Below, piece by piece: positions 60,589 to 64,000 of a stretch of DNA of 64,000 bases. The translations under genes and the position numbers were made by a program. The DNA comes from Candidatus Hodarchaeota archaeon (GTDB lineage: Archaea > Asgardarchaeota > Lokiarchaeia > Sigyniarchaeales > SOKP01): contig JBHLJZ010000008.1 in the NCBI GenBank assembly GCA_048887165.1, positions 2,340 to 66,339 on the forward strand. The letters run 5' to 3'. Every line of letters starts with the position of its first letter. Within the stretch, counting starts at the first letter, position 1. The notes under the pieces were generated by a model, which had not been told where the DNA came from, did no database searches, and was given only the letters and a program-made list of their open reading frames with translations.

Positions 60589-61431
60589 TTAATAAATTTT
60601 AGGTTTCTCAGGGGGATTTCCAAGCATTTCTGATACTAGTTCTTGAAAATTGTCAAAATGACCAGGTAAAGTTTTTTGAACATAAAAAGATTCTGCAGCT
60701 TTCAAGGTTACATTTTTACCAATAGCTGTTCCCACAGATCGGAGGAGTCTATTGGCGTATTTAGTAAGTTTTTTCATTTGTTCTGGTGTAACGAATGCTG
60801 GATCGATATTTGGAGCAAATAAATCAGCTAAGAGAGTTAAAGTGGCTTCAAACCTTAATGCAGCTTTAACTTTTTTTTCAAGAGTAGATGTAATATCAAT
60901 AAAAACATTAGGTTTGTGGCCAAGGAATCCCATAAACCATACTTCAGAACATGCATAGGGTTCTATTCCTTCTTTTAATTGTTCAGAGTATAGTAGTGGA
61001 AAAGCGGAAAATGCACCTGCTTCTGCTGCCATTCTACCCACAATAACATGATCAGGATGAACTTCATATTTTACCCAAGGATCAAACGTCACTACTCTAT
61101 CTGCTTTTAATTTCCTAACATAAAATACGAGTCTTTCTCTGAGCATGGGGCCATCAATGAATCCCGCATCTGGGTAATCCAATATAATAGTTTCTTTAAA
61201 TCCCAGAATTTGATTAGATTCTCTAAGTTCTTTTTCTCTCATATCAGCAACTTGCTTTTTTGTTAAATTAGGGTTTAAGGTTCCCACTTCTCCTCTAGTA
61301 CAACATAAAGCATATATATTATGACCCTCTTCGGCCCACCTTGCTAAGGTTCCAGCACTAAAAAACGATAAATCATCTGGATGTGCAAATATAGCTAAAA
61401 TATTCAACGATTTAGATTCCATCATATTCAC
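60589..61431 (-). CDS. PIG-L/LmbE-family N-acetylglucosaminyl deacetylase
   Basis: ILAIFAHPDDLSF and HPDH zinc-binding motifs. Confidence 0.85.
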   Translation of the reverse strand: MNMMESKSLNILAIFAHPDDLSFFSAGTLARWAEEGHNIYALCCTRGEVGTLNPNLTKKQVADMREKELRESNQILGFKETIILDYPDAGFIDGPMLRERLVFYVRKLKADRVVTFDPWVKYEVHPDHVIVGRMAAEAGAFSAFPLLYSEQLKEGIEPYACSEVWFMGFLGHKPNVFIDITSTLEKKVKAALRFEATLTLLADLFAPNIDPAFVTPEQMKKLTKYANRLLRSVGTAIGKNVTLKAAESFYVQKTLPGHFDNFQELVSEMLGNPPEKPKIY

Positions 61432-61494
61432 TTTTTGAATTATATTTAATTGTATTAAGGAATAGTAACAGAAAAAGTTGAATCTTCAAAAACT

Positions 61495-62919
61495 CTATGA
61501 AAGATCGTGTTTTGCATTTTCAACTATTTTTTCTAAATCTTTTATAATATCAGAATCAAATGTTTTTTCTTTAAGATCTTTTAGGATTTCTTCCTTTCTT
61601 CTTTGACATCGTGACTCCATAGTTGATGCTCCTTTCTTAATCCAATTTTCGAAACTATAACGATCGAGAAGATTTGAGAACCACAAGTGTTTTTTAAAAT
61701 TCTCGCGTGTATGTTTTTTATCGATAAAAGTACCTTTAGGTTCTGCTTCCTTTATAATCTCGAGAGCAAAATCATCATCGTTAAAAGAAAGGTCTCTATT
61801 CACTGATTCAATATAGGAAATTATTTCTGCTTGTAATACAAGCATATCTAGAGAAGCTGCTTGGTCCATACCACAGATACCAAAATGACCAAATATATTG
61901 GCACCTGCACCTACTCCTAAACTTAAAGTAATTCCGCATTCTAAACCTGCTTGAGCATCTGGACGTAAGGAGTCAGTTAATCCTACATTTATATAAACAG
62001 GAAAACCATAAAATTTTCCCATTTCGGTCATTGCTATTCCAAATATTGCCTGTTCGGGTCCTGAAAATATTGTTTGGACAGTACGCATATCGAATGCATG
62101 ACAAATTCCACCATAACAAATTGGCATACCTTCCCTTATAAGTTGTGTTATACATATCCCTGCTAGGATTTCAGCATTTTCTTGAGCCATTGTACCAGCT
62201 AATGTCATAGGAGCAGACATCCCCATCTGAGCAATTGGCCCGATATGTACAGGCATATTTAATTGAGCAGTTTCAAATAAAAGATCAATACCATTAAATG
62301 GAAAACTTAGAGGGCTTACGGGTTCAAAAAGGGGATAAAAAAGAGGATATTTTTCCGCTTGTTTTTCGTCTCCCCGAAGTTTGATCACCAAATCAACTAA
62401 AAATTTGGTAGATTTTCTATCATAAAACCAAAATGTAATGGGTTTATTTGTATTTTTTATCATCTCATAAGCTACTTTTACACATCTCCAATTCACTGGT
62501 AGTTCATAGGGATCTGCCATAGCTCCCGGAATAGTAATTTTTTCTAATTGGTCTGCAAATCTTGTCGCGGTAATTACATCATTAAGAGTTGCATACCTTC
62601 GCTCTGATCCAACACTTTCCATCCAAAAAGCTTGACCACCAGATGTGTTATAGTTCCGAGAATTTAAACTAAATTCAGCTTTCTCTGTTAAATCACGACC
62701 ATAAATACTAAACTTCTTTCCAGCTTTACTGATTAAGTCACTAACTAAGGAATTCGGAATTTTAACAATTCTTTTTTTTACATCGACTTGAGCTCCCCTC
62801 TTAGAAAAACGCGACAGAATTTCATCATGAGGAACAAAAACTCCAACATTTTCAAGGATATTAAGTGAGGCTTGGTGAATCTTATCTATTTGGTCATCTG
62901 ATAATAATTTAATTCTCAT
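61495..62919 (-). CDS. MttB-superfamily methyltransferase, non-pyrrolysine type (quaternary-amine:corrinoid methyltransferase-like)
   Basis: The family-typical start (LSDDQIDKIHQASLNILENVGV), ~470 aa TIM-barrel size and an uninterrupted ORF with no in-frame TAG. Confidence 0.8.
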   Translation of the reverse strand: MRIKLLSDDQIDKIHQASLNILENVGVFVPHDEILSRFSKRGAQVDVKKRIVKIPNSLVSDLISKAGKKFSIYGRDLTEKAEFSLNSRNYNTSGGQAFWMESVGSERRYATLNDVITATRFADQLEKITIPGAMADPYELPVNWRCVKVAYEMIKNTNKPITFWFYDRKSTKFLVDLVIKLRGDEKQAEKYPLFYPLFEPVSPLSFPFNGIDLLFETAQLNMPVHIGPIAQMGMSAPMTLAGTMAQENAEILAGICITQLIREGMPICYGGICHAFDMRTVQTIFSGPEQAIFGIAMTEMGKFYGFPVYINVGLTDSLRPDAQAGLECGITLSLGVGAGANIFGHFGICGMDQAASLDMLVLQAEIISYIESVNRDLSFNDDDFALEIIKEAEPKGTFIDKKHTRENFKKHLWFSNLLDRYSFENWIKKGASTMESRCQRRKEEILKDLKEKTFDSDIIKDLEKIVENAKHDLS

Positions 62920-62937
62920 CTGTCTTAAAAATTATTT

Positions 62938-63771
62938 CTATCTTTTTAAAAAATCAATAATTAGTTTATTTACTTCGGGAGCTCTTGATAAAGGGACATT
63001 ATGACCTGCTTTATTAATAGATACTAATGTACTGTTTTGCATTTTTTCATCCATTTCATACATATGTGCTTTAGGGAGGCTTCTATCATGGGAAGGCGAT
63101 ATAAGCAGAGTTTCATTTTTTATTTGACTTAATCTTTCTCGTGTATTATGTGTTTTAATCGCATGAGCTTGAAATTCTATATCCTCAGGAGTAGGCGGAT
63201 TAATTGTCGATTCTTTAATTAAATCTTCCACTGACCAAAGATCATAAAATTTTTTTCTAGGGTTGGCCTGCATTTCTTTTCTAAAAGTAGGGTAAAAGCC
63301 TGAAAGAGCTCCATCCCAGAAATATTTCTCAGGATCCGTGTCACGTTTCTTTAAATTTTCAAGCGACATTTCTTTATACCAATCGACAGCTCCTTCACGA
63401 AATCCATAATTAGTTGCGATTAAAACAATTTTATTAATTTTTTCTGGGTAAGTTAAGGCAAAGTTTTGAACGATCATGCCTCCAAGGCTCCAACCTATTA
63501 TGTGTGCTTTATCGATACTGAGATACTCCATTAGTGCTTTAGTATCTTCTACAAAAGCCTCTATAGAGTAAAGTTCTGTAGGGCGATCTGACTTCCCTGA
63601 TCCTCGATTATCAAATCTAATAACTTTGAAATATTTCGACAATTCATCAAATTGGGCAATCCAATCTTCTTTTTTACCTCCAAATCCAATAACTAATAAT
63701 ACAGGATATCCTTCACCTTTAATTTCATAACAAATTTTAATACCGTTTACTTGTGCATAATCTTCAGCCAT
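62938..63771 (-). CDS. alpha/beta-fold hydrolase
   Basis: Nucleophile elbow IIGWSLGG, a C-terminal GH motif (AGHNVP), and the 277 aa size. Confidence 0.8.
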   Translation of the reverse strand: MAEDYAQVNGIKICYEIKGEGYPVLLVIGFGGKKEDWIAQFDELSKYFKVIRFDNRGSGKSDRPTELYSIEAFVEDTKALMEYLSIDKAHIIGWSLGGMIVQNFALTYPEKINKIVLIATNYGFREGAVDWYKEMSLENLKKRDTDPEKYFWDGALSGFYPTFRKEMQANPRKKFYDLWSVEDLIKESTINPPTPEDIEFQAHAIKTHNTRERLSQIKNETLLISPSHDRSLPKAHMYEMDEKMQNSTLVSINKAGHNVPLSRAPEVNKLIIDFLKR

Positions 63772-64000
63772 AAAATCCCCATTATAAGATAATTTTCGTT
63801 TTAAATTATTTTACGTTTTATTAATATTAAATTATTTAGTTTTGTTTAGAATCTAAAACTTATATAGATTTAAAACTAATTAGAAAAAACTTGTTTTAAG
63901 TAATAATTTAGAATTATAAAAAAAAATTAATTTGGATTTAATTATTTAAATTATATCAGTTCTTGTACTAATAAACCTCTTGTTCTATTACCGGCAGGAG

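Noticed and set aside
61495-62919. Possible pyrrolysine (in-frame TAG) encoding in the MttB-family gene.
   Set aside because: The ORF is continuous for 474 codons with no internal TAG, so it is a non-Pyl family member.
1-64000. A search by eye for tRNA, rRNA or other structured RNA genes, CRISPR arrays, transposases, integrases, and toxin-antitoxin or defence modules.
   Set aside because: No GC-rich islands typical of stable RNAs occur in the intergenic spacers. There are no regularly spaced direct repeats with unique spacers and no recombinase or nuclease-type ORFs. The only repeat array found (33209..33323) has octamer units and no spacer structure.

Overview
Very AT-rich (about 30% GC by eye), densely coding archaeal chromosomal DNA. 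The archaeal assignment rests on RadA, the tRNA-splicing endonuclease EndA and a complete A1Ao (A/V-type) ATP synthase operon. A Lokiarchaeia/Asgard-like origin is only a low-confidence guess from composition and gene content. Content in order: radA plus a UvrD-like helicase; OsmC, a PfkB kinase and a Memo-like protein; endA; a 12-gene minus-strand ATP synthase block (9.9-21.3 kb) that ends with an extra, diverged A subunit and a membrane zinc-ribbon protein; a DUF47/PhoU-like gene; two tandem VIT-like membrane proteins; an HgdC-type activase with two 2-hydroxyacyl-CoA dehydratase subunits; small unknown genes; a translationally coupled opine-dehydrogenase-like / B12-binding-domain gene pair; a long AT-rich intergenic region with a TTTAAATA repeat array and a small wHTH ORF, followed by an orphan paralog of the large dehydratase subunit; a GH13-like glycosidase; glmS, a SIS-only protein and a phosphohexomutase; a GlcD/GlcF-like oxidoreductase pair with an FGGY kinase; purC, purS, purQ, purL and purF; HAD phosphatases; and a minus-strand block of a GPH transporter, PIG-L deacetylase, non-Pyl MttB-family methyltransferase and alpha/beta hydrolase. 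I found no rRNA, tRNA, CRISPR array, transposase, integrase or recognisable defence system. Most of the window is housekeeping or metabolic. The best candidates for something undescribed are (1) the appended atpA paralog with a GERGNE to GEPGNE change plus its zinc-ribbon neighbour; (2) the opine-DH-like / B12-domain fusion pair; (3) the repeat array, wHTH ORF and orphan dehydratase paralog; (4) conserved N-termini of atpE and purF that lie upstream of any ATG/GTG/TTG. All functional calls come from motif recognition by eye, with no database search.
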